This document shows, one piece after another, positions 14,201 to 19,592 of a stretch of DNA of 64,000 nucleotides. Positions within the stretch are counted from its first letter, which is position 1; every line of letters starts with the position of its first letter. The DNA is from Candidatus Omnitrophota bacterium (GTDB taxonomy: Bacteria > Omnitrophota > Gorgyraeia > JACQQV01): contig JACQQV010000031.1 in the NCBI GenBank assembly GCA_016206785.1, forward strand, positions 35,860-99,859. The letters run 5' to 3'. The notes beneath the pieces were generated by a model. It did not search any database. It saw nothing but the letters and a program-made list of their open reading frames with translations, and was not told the DNA's origin. The translations under genes and the position numbers were made by a program.

Positions 14201-17200
14201 ATCGACCTGATCCGCATAGGAAGTTGCAAAAAGGTATTGGTCGGGATTGTCCGCGCGGACGCCAAGTTTGAATCCCTTGTGACTCCGCCTTAAATCGGTC
14301 TCCTCCAAAAGATCATGGGCGATTTTTAAATGAGTCACGTCACGGACATCGGTGAGTTGTATCAAAATGTTGTCAATGCCACCTCTCCGCGCCTCCTTCA
14401 CCGCCTCAAACTCCCAGCGGAGAAGAGTCCGGTATTCATCACTCGCAACATACCGGTAAAATCCTCCGAAACCGAGGGGGGTGTTTTCTTCCTTCTTGTC
14501 AAAAACAGTTCCATACCGAAGGGAAAGATATCCTTCGCTATCCAAATCGCTGGTCTGATACACAAGCTGCTCGCTCTTTTTCGACGAGACCGCTTTGGCA
14601 AAGAACGCAATGAGTTGGGTGCGGTAGTAATCCTCCGCTTTGATGAACCCCTTCTGGCCGATAAGCGTACGAAGGGTGGTCTGAATCTTCCGGATACCTT
14701 CCAAGTCCCTATTCAGTCTTGTGAGGAGTGCCGCCTTTTCATTGGCTATCTGAAGAAGTTCAATCCTTTTTTGCTCCTGCCCATCACCCAACGACTTGAG
14801 ATTGCGTTCGGCAGCAATTCGATCTTCCCTGGTTGTTTCAATTTGATGCAAGATTTCTTGTTCGATCTGATGGAGTTTCCCGCTGTCATAATAAAGGAAA
14901 GCGAGGGGGTGAATTTTCAGGATGTCACGGTAGAAATCGGAAGCCCGTATCGTCTGGATCTCAAGCCGCTCCGCGGCCACTTCTCTTTCGGGGATTTCGA
15001 TGGCGTCAGGCGTGGTCACCTCTCCACGGGTCAAAGGAAGTCTCCCTTCATAAATTTTTCCGGTCTTAAAATCAGCAGTAACAATTTGTCCTTCCTTCAA
15101 GTCTCCTCGGATACCGACGAGGACCGGTTTCCCTTGCGCTTCAGCTTCTCGGAACCAGGGACGGTCAAGGTCTTGGGCCTCAAAGAAAAATGCCCCCGCT
15201 TGATTGACAACACCGTTGGGAACGGCGATCCTTTCGGAACCCTTTCGAAATAGAACAAAATCGCCGAGTTGGATCCGACGGAGATCTTCCGGATCTTTGA
15301 CCACGACCATGTGACGGTCCCCCGCACCCTGTGTGGCAAGCGTTTTCCCAAAAGCGACCTCATGCGCTTCACGAAGGGATGCTTCTGAAATGGAAGAAAG
15401 ATTTAATTCCGCCTCGGAAATCAGTTTGACGGCTGCAAGGAACCCACGGACGTCTGTTCCGGTTGAATCAAGGAGTACGGCAATCTCGCGGGCCGCCTGA
15501 AGGTTATACCCCGGTTCGCTCGGATTGGTGAGTTTGATGATCGCCTGACCGCAGAGACCGCAGGTAAACTTCACGTTGCGCCTCTGGCGTGCTTCACGTA
15601 CCGCATACACCACATGACGGATGCTATTGACGATAGCAGGATGCGATTCTTGGAAAAGGGCTTTCACCAAAGGTTCTTCACGCCCCGCGCGGCGTGTTGT
15701 TTGTGTTAAGTCATTGGTTCCGAACGAGAAAAAAACATCCTTTCCGGTTTCCTTCGCGTATTGTGCCAAAAGATCCGCAAATTCATCCGCCTGAATCACG
15801 TTTGAAGGGAGCTCAACCATCATGCCGACGGTATGAAGCGGCATTTTGACTTCCTGGAAGCGTTTAAGACCTTTCCGGAGTTCTTCCGGCGTCCGGACAA
15901 AGGCGAAGAAGGCCCCAATATTGGTATAACCGGCCTCGTAGACCCGCTTGAGCGCTTCTAATTCCAAACCGAGAACTTCACGGTTCTCTTCCTTTAATAG
16001 CCAACCTGTTCCACGGTCTCCCAACATCGTTGCGCGCTCACGGGAACCGAAGACACCGCCCCCTGTAATCTGGAGAAGCTCGTTCTGTTTGAAATCGTTG
16101 AATCGGTAGAGAACTTTTTGATGAATCCCATTTGCCGCCGCCATAGAGGCGAGACCTTCATAGAATTTTCGGACGTAATATTCACGGGCACTGGGATAAC
16201 CGGCCACACGCCTCTCGATTTGCGCAACCAACTGGGGATGGGCACGGAGTTTTTCAACGTCTCCGCGCTCATCCATAGTCAGGGAGGTGTTGGAATCTTT
16301 TTCGAGTCCCTTCAGATTGTCGTAGGCGAGGATCGCCCTCGGATGAATTCCGACGCCGACAAGAATAAATTCTGCCCGGGCAAGACTGATCCCGTAAAAA
16401 GAAGGGTAAAGGGCAAGGTTGGAAACTTCCTGCATCGCCCGGGGATTTGCTACAATCAGTCCCGGTTTTGTGAAATGGGTCTCCGGAAGTTGGTCCACAT
16501 CGATCTCAACCTGCTCGGTTTCGATGGGGAGTGCTCCTTTGTAAATCCTCCCCGTATTGGCATCGACCGTGACCCAGTCATCTTCGGTAAAAAGATAGTC
16601 CCTCGCCTCCCTGTAGTGCGAAGGGGCTTCCTGCCGAAGTCTTTCCAAATCTCCATTAATTCCGGTGATCGTCGCCAGATTCAACTCGCGGCTCACAATT
16701 GCGGCATGAGAGGTGTCTCCTCCCTCTTCAGTAATAAAGCCGCGGACCCCCTCGGTTTTCATGAGCGGTTCCTGTCCGGGGGTCGTAAAGTCTGTCACAA
16801 TGATAGTATCCTCCCCAGACTTTCGGAAGTCAGCGACTTTGTTGCGGATACGGTCCTCTTCCCGGGCATAGTCTCCCTTGAAACTCCTCGCCTCGCGATC
16901 CAGAACGATGACCCGTCCGGTAAACGCATTCCGCCCCTGAACGCCTTTGACCAAAAGTTTCCCTGCCCCTTCCGCCTCCTCCGCCACCTCCTCCGGAACA
17001 AAAGTTCTTTTAATGGAAACATTCCGCGCCCCGATGTCGGAAGGGGTGGTAACGGCTCGCGACTGCACAAGACCCACGGCGGAGCGTTCCATCGCCCCTT
17101 CCATATCGCGGATCCCTCCGTAAAAATCGGTAGCCGCTTTGAGTTGTCGGGTAATTTTGATGATCTCTTCGTCGGTTGCAGCGAATTGATTTCTTTTTTC

Positions 17201-19558
17201 AGGAGGGACATGGGTCCAAATGAGCCGCTGTTTCGGATCTTCGAGAAGCGCATGGATCGCGTGGGTCAGTTGCAAAAAGTTTTCTCGCGGAAGGACAAGA
17301 TGTTTTGAAACGGCTGCCGGTAGATGAAGTCCCTCTGCAATCGCCTTCTCGGCCCTCTCTTCAATCTCCTCGTGGATGCGCACAATGGTCCGAAGAAGGG
17401 GAGCGATCTGATTCCCGTTATAAATCTTTCCAAGGAGTTCAGGGGAAAGGGCGACCCCCCTCGGCTGGAACTCTTGCGCGATATAACGGCGGACCGCTTC
17501 CATGAGTTGTGCAAGCTCCTCTTGGGTGATTCCCGCCTTCTCAAGAATCTCCTCCAGATACACCATTTGAGTCCGCTTCGCCCCAAGCTCTGCTTCAATG
17601 ATATTGACATGTTCCCGACCCTCTGCATCCGTGAAGAGATGAACTTTGTAGGCGTCTGGAACCACCATTCCCCCCACAATCGCTTCTCCCAACCCGTAAG
17701 AAGTGGTAATCCGGAAAATCCGTCCTTCGGTGAGTCTTTCTTCGGGGGTATCCTGAAAGCTCCTCGCCGTGAAACCGGTGGTCCGATCGAGGCTGAAAGC
17801 CACAAGGGAGACGTCGCTTCGAATCATTCTTTGAATGGGAACTGCAAGAGAAAGGCGCGTTGGATCAATGTAAGGCTTTCCCGCTTCTTCCAAAAGTTTC
17901 AAGAAACGGTCCGCAATCCTTGGGTGCCCGGTCCGGATTTCCACCAGGGCGTTCCGCATCTTTGCATGGGGAACATACGTTCCCTTTTCAAGATTTTCGC
18001 CGATTTCCCGTACCTGTTGCCGCGGCGTCTCCTTCAATGCCGAAACAAGCTGAGAAAGATCCTGCGGGGTTTCAATGGCGCTGATGAATGCAAGGAAGAT
18101 TTGCGTATCCCGGTAGCTGATGGCGTTCGGTCTAAAAAGACTTGCCAAGACATCCCGATATCGCTCGAGGACAAGGGAGTACCCCCTCACATTCAAAAAG
18201 GTCTCCTGTTGCCCGGCACTGGAACCGGAGGAGATCTCCACTTTCAACCCCGAGCGGAGCGGCTTGGAAGGATCAATCTCCACATCTTCGACGGTGCCGG
18301 AGCTTCGTACGGCGACAGGGAGATTCATATCGGGATAACTGTTTTCCCGGCTGAGGACCATATAATTTCCGACAACCTCCTGTTCAAGATCTTCCGGCAT
18401 CACCGCCTGCTCAATCGCCTTTTGAATCGCCTCTGAAGCATCCTTGAGGGCATGAGGGTCGGTGACATCTAAATCGGAAAGGAGCCGACCGATGGTATCC
18501 CTGATTTCAGGATTTGCATCGAGGAAACGCTGGTATCCTGCTGCCGTGACAATGAATCCTGGTGGGACAGGAACCCCATGACCAAACATTTCCCCAAGAT
18601 TCGCACCCTTCCCGCCCACAATCGCCATATCATGACGCCCTACCTCTTCAAACCACACCGTCAGTCTTTGAGAAATATCTTCAGCCCTTTTGCCTTCGCC
18701 ATCTCTGGCCGCGAGACCCCATTGTTCTCCTCGGGGATGGTTTAGAATGCGCACTTGCGATAAAGTCCTCGGCAGCCTTCCGAAAGCCACCTCATTGACA
18801 AGTTGAAATTCGGCCTTCGATTCTCTATGGTCGATTTCAAACTCTATCACCCAAGAGTCTGCATCCGCTCTTCCCATTTCCCGTAATGCGATGCCCCGAT
18901 GATGACCTTCCGCGATGAAGAAACGGGCCCGTTTGGGTTCCGGCTTAATCACAATAAGCGCTTCACCTTCGCCCTGTTTAATTTCTTTTTTACGTACCTC
19001 AATTTCTTCTCGAAAAGCGGTTGGGGCGGCGGGCGCCAACACACCTAACGAGAGTGTACGACGATAAACCTTCATGGGTACCCCATGAATTCTTTCAAAA
19101 TCTCTTGCTAACCGGTATGCCAAATCTTTGGAGTAATCCGCAACGGGAATTCGGTAAACGCTTCCTCCCGGACGGATTCCCAGTATGATGCGGCGGTCGC
19201 CAATATACAAAGAGACCGCATCATCACCCTTAAAGTATGTGGGTTCATGAATAAATAGTGCGGAGAGCGAGGGATCCTTCGCCCGCGCCTTTTGGAGTGC
19301 ACGGAGGAGACCCCATCGGCTGGCACCTTTCTTCTTCGCGCCCGTGAGAATTGTTGAAACTTTTCTTAGGAGGGGGCCCGAAAGCTCGTTAAAGAGTTGT
19401 TGCTCGCCTCCGTCCTTTGCGCCGATGACGCTGTGGGTGCGAAGATGTGAAGAAGAAGTGAAGATATCCTGCAAGGCATGTGCAGGCAGGGTATTGGTAC
19501 AAAGGAATGCTTGAAGAATGATCCAACTCGAAACTTTAATCCAAGTTTTAGACTTCAT
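1301..19558 (-). CDS. Giant 6085-aa signal-peptide multi-enzyme polyprotein (PEP synthase, Thr/Ser dehydratase, acyl-CoA ligase, Phe ammonia-lyase, cupin, 2-hydroxyacid dehydrogenase, glycerate kinase, GTP-PEPCK, unknown modules)
   Basis: Uninterrupted 18.3-kb ORF; N-terminal MKSK-hydrophobic-AHA signal; family motifs for each enzyme in frame; DGG motifs at module borders. Confidence 0.92.
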   Translation of the reverse strand: MKSKTWIKVSSWIILQAFLCTNTLPAHALQDIFTSSSHLRTHSVIGAKDGGEQQLFNELSGPLLRKVSTILTGAKKKGASRWGLLRALQKARAKDPSLSALFIHEPTYFKGDDAVSLYIGDRRIILGIRPGGSVYRIPVADYSKDLAYRLARDFERIHGVPMKVYRRTLSLGVLAPAAPTAFREEIEVRKKEIKQGEGEALIVIKPEPKRARFFIAEGHHRGIALREMGRADADSWVIEFEIDHRESKAEFQLVNEVAFGRLPRTLSQVRILNHPRGEQWGLAARDGEGKRAEDISQRLTVWFEEVGRHDMAIVGGKGANLGEMFGHGVPVPPGFIVTAAGYQRFLDANPEIRDTIGRLLSDLDVTDPHALKDASEAIQKAIEQAVMPEDLEQEVVGNYMVLSRENSYPDMNLPVAVRSSGTVEDVEIDPSKPLRSGLKVEISSGSSAGQQETFLNVRGYSLVLERYRDVLASLFRPNAISYRDTQIFLAFISAIETPQDLSQLVSALKETPRQQVREIGENLEKGTYVPHAKMRNALVEIRTGHPRIADRFLKLLEEAGKPYIDPTRLSLAVPIQRMIRSDVSLVAFSLDRTTGFTARSFQDTPEERLTEGRIFRITTSYGLGEAIVGGMVVPDAYKVHLFTDAEGREHVNIIEAELGAKRTQMVYLEEILEKAGITQEELAQLMEAVRRYIAQEFQPRGVALSPELLGKIYNGNQIAPLLRTIVRIHEEIEERAEKAIAEGLHLPAAVSKHLVLPRENFLQLTHAIHALLEDPKQRLIWTHVPPEKRNQFAATDEEIIKITRQLKAATDFYGGIRDMEGAMERSAVGLVQSRAVTTPSDIGARNVSIKRTFVPEEVAEEAEGAGKLLVKGVQGRNAFTGRVIVLDREARSFKGDYAREEDRIRNKVADFRKSGEDTIIVTDFTTPGQEPLMKTEGVRGFITEEGGDTSHAAIVSRELNLATITGINGDLERLRQEAPSHYREARDYLFTEDDWVTVDANTGRIYKGALPIETEQVEIDVDQLPETHFTKPGLIVANPRAMQEVSNLALYPSFYGISLARAEFILVGVGIHPRAILAYDNLKGLEKDSNTSLTMDERGDVEKLRAHPQLVAQIERRVAGYPSAREYYVRKFYEGLASMAAANGIHQKVLYRFNDFKQNELLQITGGGVFGSRERATMLGDRGTGWLLKEENREVLGLELEALKRVYEAGYTNIGAFFAFVRTPEELRKGLKRFQEVKMPLHTVGMMVELPSNVIQADEFADLLAQYAKETGKDVFFSFGTNDLTQTTRRAGREEPLVKALFQESHPAIVNSIRHVVYAVREARQRRNVKFTCGLCGQAIIKLTNPSEPGYNLQAAREIAVLLDSTGTDVRGFLAAVKLISEAELNLSSISEASLREAHEVAFGKTLATQGAGDRHMVVVKDPEDLRRIQLGDFVLFRKGSERIAVPNGVVNQAGAFFFEAQDLDRPWFREAEAQGKPVLVGIRGDLKEGQIVTADFKTGKIYEGRLPLTRGEVTTPDAIEIPEREVAAERLEIQTIRASDFYRDILKIHPLAFLYYDSGKLHQIEQEILHQIETTREDRIAAERNLKSLGDGQEQKRIELLQIANEKAALLTRLNRDLEGIRKIQTTLRTLIGQKGFIKAEDYYRTQLIAFFAKAVSSKKSEQLVYQTSDLDSEGYLSLRYGTVFDKKEENTPLGFGGFYRYVASDEYRTLLRWEFEAVKEARRGGIDNILIQLTDVRDVTHLKIAHDLLEETDLRRSHKGFKLGVRADNPDQYLFATSYADQVDFVSIHDRMLAQNYLAADLNNPNVPISEEDIARNLKRVVAMITTAFAKAGKPVAVEKAPPQFAKDGGLREALVFQQIRSEGEILGALRPLVQEGILLAEDIGGGVRYHFNLGLNLEQFRDRLRVDVPSYAFGQQVLPHSHLHDLLEEKIQDSISSPESFPLILTHSTFDTDPGTLSQRGASIEMEHRKWSWPFIYYESRVQGEEGVRPATGGTKIFAGEEWVAIVKDSYWQNPIRFPIRGLSRKTSALDPALAMVVTPEDEVVVLRFARPPSGKKGPKITDVEIVNGRLRILTDRKGNIFTGRSSWANEVSIGPSGDVTGRGRMFLVSTAMARDGGGKTIQEVAGLLESNVGNRPYEFVTFTIQMRGDGKVVFQIVQDGQVAQDRIIGTMSRSKDTPNGSLRLLEPIDKLAYLKSRQVSDPTQYEEALYEEIIQIVRFLTQEGGVVPEKTIDLTYLETLDPYFIDLRLAKVFVTLKEVATLPDSPHAVSEDRWTRLEPRYGYVDIDRVREVYRLMGPYLEEAPLIYSPVLSEYFFGKGTDRRIYLKLDSESSIGSYKWRGALAKVAHVLENVPLADRKGITVIAPSQGNHAQGVVLAANRFGVDNLIFVPKDIVPTKRQAIERLGGRLETVTGKFDDVLRKAWYNEALRRGNIFISPVEPWVIAGQGTVALEILEKDRVTPDVIVAPVGTGGYLAGIATVTRALSPRTETIGVQASGSDSMLRSLRSGKIVEIDSPETLADGAKVKRPGVIPFKIFQEKVGSVVSVSEEDIQRAIALLHQEHYQGKGIVAEGAGVLSVAALLAHRDLFENARTVVLMISGKNIEPALHQEIIKKHAGKFAKDGAYRNLRLGELTLKTGVIPDLWAMQVERYGDRGFLVVPSTQGYQEVSFNQVDKEVARLKKALYTEGVRPGDRIAFLSPNRPEFVETAMGVWGLGGAVVSMSFRAPPPVLEHMVSNSDATSLIVSAGPFLQAARDLKSKNLNIKKIFVLDALPPEKLQEGEISLATWQEGEAPVEIPPVDIKPEDVALILYTSGTTKLPKGVPLTHQNLLYNREASRLAWEGDFTDEDMTLGWLPFFHVMGLPFEFLGNLYVGAKYAFPRLKPGPPTPDQLLASLRETKANVFYTVPWMLEGFQAMAEKDPTILDTLGGLKFIMSGGVVLSEATGKYFQGKGVNVIQGEGMTDVGGAIFLGDPKKRDWRTLRVIPGVNADFVSTPGLEGKELVLDNSPTVTAGYLKNEEATKDVFKEPERFHTGDLFQEVEGGYVYVGRNDEIFAHPTGEKTNPLPIEMALEDSPLIQKAALVGHLRPYNIAIVQPNYAAFKGKQWMDIEEAIWGLFEDVNQYFLDYSRVRRENIVIMAPGEEPLPLSPKGSLIRPQIEKRFAKQIEELYTRKEREKQVEREKAQLVEKTYRDTKGLRNIVKQTKHRDLVLALAEGLKRTDKVVVTGEDLTIPHVAAVAQHGVPVSLTDSLKVRAKVDASVEWLAKAIAEGRDIYGVNRGYGGSAGAQTNEVQRLQAELIRFLNSSFGPTLPEDEVRGAMLIRANSNIKGYSGLRWLVLENLVALLNKGVTPVVPNKGSITASGDLSPLSHMLAVLMGKETAKARYQGKEISAREALQITGIEPIALGPKEGLAFVNGTSVANALATHVLYDANILALLAQATTALSVETLIGTNQSYDPVIQAIKPHLGQIEVGENLLHLLKGSRLSRDELDGKEKIERGRMRQDRYGIRTAPQAIGPQLEVVLAATEAVTTEMNSVTDNPIIDVEGDRVLHGGNFQGTPLGVAMENTRLALSAIGQILFAQYTELHSDAYNNGLLKNLAGSDPNLDFGDKGSEIGMASYQSELEYLANPVTTHVKNAELGNQDVNSLALISARYTQKAVGVLQLMLVNHLYSTAQAVDLRNIERIYQNATEEAIAKTVEETLPSVVTNWKDIAPLMTAHLVKKAKTIPPYYYAFTSSERYKPLFDPLAGEIDDILRSDPKAVGSVEVNLVNDAKAVAGYYKVFMELLAKRLDLLLPQAKERALQQGGGHLLGNTRPLYEFIRRDLQVGFNDADKDPGPEKEKILEAIQDGRIVKPLFDAFFPLPTVEEWKASQAAEKSAKYESGTDGGTKYGAVTQAVVDRVTAEVDSLKKGQKLSDKEQKSLADTLARILTDELLPRSPDFLKEIGILDIIAKRKVQGLKGPTDYPRVVIHLDPQKRFELSIIAYLPGQGNPIHNHGGNACVFCIVGEGRGKERRFRMVSQTAGNIVSLEKVSEESIRKGSISKITRVINPVHQVINDGDEILFEVAIYAEPLVETGIHRFDPIEEGSNRFRMARFYPSAGGHSFEQGTYEASRDGGREVVREPTEESIVEVVPGVEVRRTRVENPKANVLVIEPLDENVRQLYRQRGDVNVDVLRTGSEIFKAGEDYYQRLDQKQFLEIVRKGDYDYITGFTNLSFDKEVMDASPHLKGILQFSIGYNNVDREEARKRGIFVTNAQTPTGSPLTIAMAELNIGKALNANYLLTDSISQEKIGKKKLEEVLLAAIPQHPQAVAEILWGELLRQSLRLGDMYQFVRDGKYCGCGVGPEATILHDQLGADPEVGVKTSLGIVGMNEVGKRLAEFANAHGIASIVYFAPEDQRLTPEEESKLRLTYFPIVPKLHELREKADYVIRLPGTTPLDGVHHTIVDPEDLWVKSGREGALFEKTLAGQTLGIAGFGRIGQAVASRAAALGMKMLTFEKNSDNIARASRQGIQVVDKDTLAKEPDIFTYLFDLNSETKHWVNREFLAKTKPKAIHLNTSRGGVINEEDMIAHLKKHPEAQGHFDVLTDESNTNGSSKQGLFELSNVKITGHTGSAVIPVRRRMQEIAFENLSAILDGSFPKNPVPGVPVEEVLANRMFFEAIQSANASDAVRRNVVYDALSKKLTIQRREYDLNEVKHIYVVGYGKVVAGMAEALHKIFGNRITAGVLSVDGHEQKEKYRGKIGVIQLYAGQHPTPGLEGAEGTEAILKLLAKATPQDMVITLISGGGSAIGALPVPEIPLKDLRELYQTLEDSGMNIHDKNIIRKHVDQRTEILKLGGNAKYFVNLLGSDVPYDRLEDIASGYTVGDRSTFQDAKDILVKRKLWDKVPLTVRDDIEQNIKEQTQKVVRPSDTFLDQKRFQSALLFGNRPGLERAAEVARSFGLKTVIIDEPLTQSVEKEADRMVSTLSPYLGKEPVVLLWGGEPEVEVPPGAGEGGRNSHLALTVANLLSSLQLEKRNLGKATFLAGATDGKDGRWGGAGAVVTSETVDLAQKKGLDPEEFLRRFKSGAFAKEMGIHIITGPTGTNIMDMAFLVYVPKRAADGGGKEFRENQAIQLAKIQNEAARGWVSEMVDFVGAGSIKVILNQDDIQEAIAGVARTQEEVAVEIRRLTGDGLSFTEAVQEVVRPGHFIRRKNGTSVSFSDVNDVARMEKRTFVLSSNPADKGRYNNHRLTEKFLPEVKAKVKGSYAGKTMYVVPVLMGLRKSPVSQVMMMLTDNPYVFTNQDIMAAVGEVIVGEEALVALEEKGGKFIEGVQATGDLEKLTDDDRYFVDVVDQGEVWSFGSAYGGNAILGKKHVSLRIAGYLAAKQGWLVEHMAMLGFRDKTTGGLFGILDAAPSASGKTNFAMLQVPAPLQHLYGTEFFGDDITWSWVDEEDHRLHAINPERGLFGVAPDTNERSNAVAMEAIGDNTGTVFTNVAYNVFTGEVWWRKLTKELPTGEGWINWRREPASPATHPNVDQWAHPNSRFTTRITNVPNRSPKWNDPKGLTVHAFFVGGKMSKGVPLIYQSRDLNSGLYDQFMLIREATAAASDVKVGAVEPDPVAMKPFFGLSEKEYLDNQRAVIEKLGENKPLFFHVNWFQKGADGNFLWPGYSWNTIAVIWATERIKGNTTGKGEAVETSLGYMPTRAAIERILDDLLPEKMTAEDKANVALIRANLDTVLGYDAAFYGAEAERRTEYLKEEFVDKGFPLPDWIFAENDRFAERVQSYAQDGGKKEVSLAEAVTSLMKSVGPKAITLSKMFEEEPLLDELNKTDEAHRGSIRTLYTILVRELFSRQNKKLDPKRIPMPVEEDILHLEIGSRMDHISQSTILLLSASRLLDEDLTSNPDVLSYLLKQTEGFLFFAAPEFSTPEGRKLFDELSYAYGAPLVDKMAGRFKTRLDQLPEKPSAVFLLTPADQEAFGLEKHGLLSPVSLAFGPHRKALISSINEQKVFTVPLKTPVDFLKEVYLGTSLASQMSLLREDRLEDLDTTTKLLLVEVTQGFGKAGKLMTSEKVQNELAEAKRIATMVLKGL
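2219..4210 (-). other. Giant protein module: GTP-dependent PEP carboxykinase
   Basis: DVARME, SFGSAYGGNAILGKK, EHM, PSASGKTNFA, GDDI, INPERG, HPNSRF, HVNWF; collinear with pckG at 55807. Confidence 0.92.
4229..5580 (-). other. Giant protein module: glycerate 2-kinase (TtuD/GckA, MOFRL family)
   Basis: VGYGK, HPTP, LISGGGSA, SDVPYD..IASG, GGE, GGRNSH, ATDGKDG, TGPTGTNIMD. Confidence 0.88.
5581..7180 (-). other. Giant protein module: D-2-hydroxyacid dehydrogenase (hydroxypyruvate/glyoxylate reductase-like) with internal partial duplication
   Basis: SIGYNNVD, VTNA, GIAGFGRIG, NTSRGG, DVLTDE, TGHTGS; extra GIVGMNEVG segment. Confidence 0.82.
7199..7870 (-). other. Giant protein module: cupin, cysteine dioxygenase type I-like
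   Basis: PGQGNPIHNHGG..C and later HQVIN metal-binding His pattern. Confidence 0.65.
7886..9900 (-). other. Giant protein module: MIO-dependent aromatic amino acid ammonia-lyase (PAL-type)
   Basis: IYGVNRGYGG, LIRFL, GSITASGDL (ASG at 9449-9457), KEGLAFVNGT, QDRYGIR, HGGNFQG, NQDVNSL. Confidence 0.92.
10030..11671 (-). other. Giant protein module: AMP-forming acyl/aryl-CoA ligase (adenylation domain)
   Basis: LYTSGTTKLPKGV, LPFFHVMG, GYLKN, FHTGDL, GRND, GEKTNP, PKG. Confidence 0.9.
11690..12695 (-). other. Giant protein module: PLP-dependent threonine/serine dehydratase (catalytic domain only)
   Basis: YLKLD...GSYKWRGA (PLP Lys), SQGNHAQGV, GQGT, VGTGG, LADG, EGAG, SGKN. Confidence 0.88.
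14021..18691 (-). other. Giant protein module: PEP synthase (PpsA-like) plus degenerate duplicated C-terminal half
   Basis: VGGKGANLGEM, VAVRSS, AGQQET, GLGEAIVGG, TSHAAIVSREL (phospho-His), MVELPSN, FGTNDLTQ, GLCGQ. Confidence 0.92.
18713..19405 (-). other. Giant protein first module, contains ParB/sulfiredoxin-like GHHR motif
   Basis: FFIAEGHHRGIALREMG resembles the ParB/Srx (D/E)GxxR box; rest not recognised. Confidence 0.4.
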
Positions 19559-19592
19559 GTAAATGTTCCCACGTTATAATCCCTTGAAGACC

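Noticed and set aside
2204-19420. Inteins or DNA-level recombination sites (attC-like) at module junctions
   Set aside because: No C...HN/C splice motifs or conserved nucleotide palindromes at junctions; similarity is at peptide level with varied codons.
1301-19558. Giant ORF as read-through or mis-assembly of an ordinary metabolic operon
   Set aside because: Single frame for 18 kb, one signal peptide, consistent DG(G) junctions and sequences distinct from housekeeping paralogues; long reads would still be the final test.
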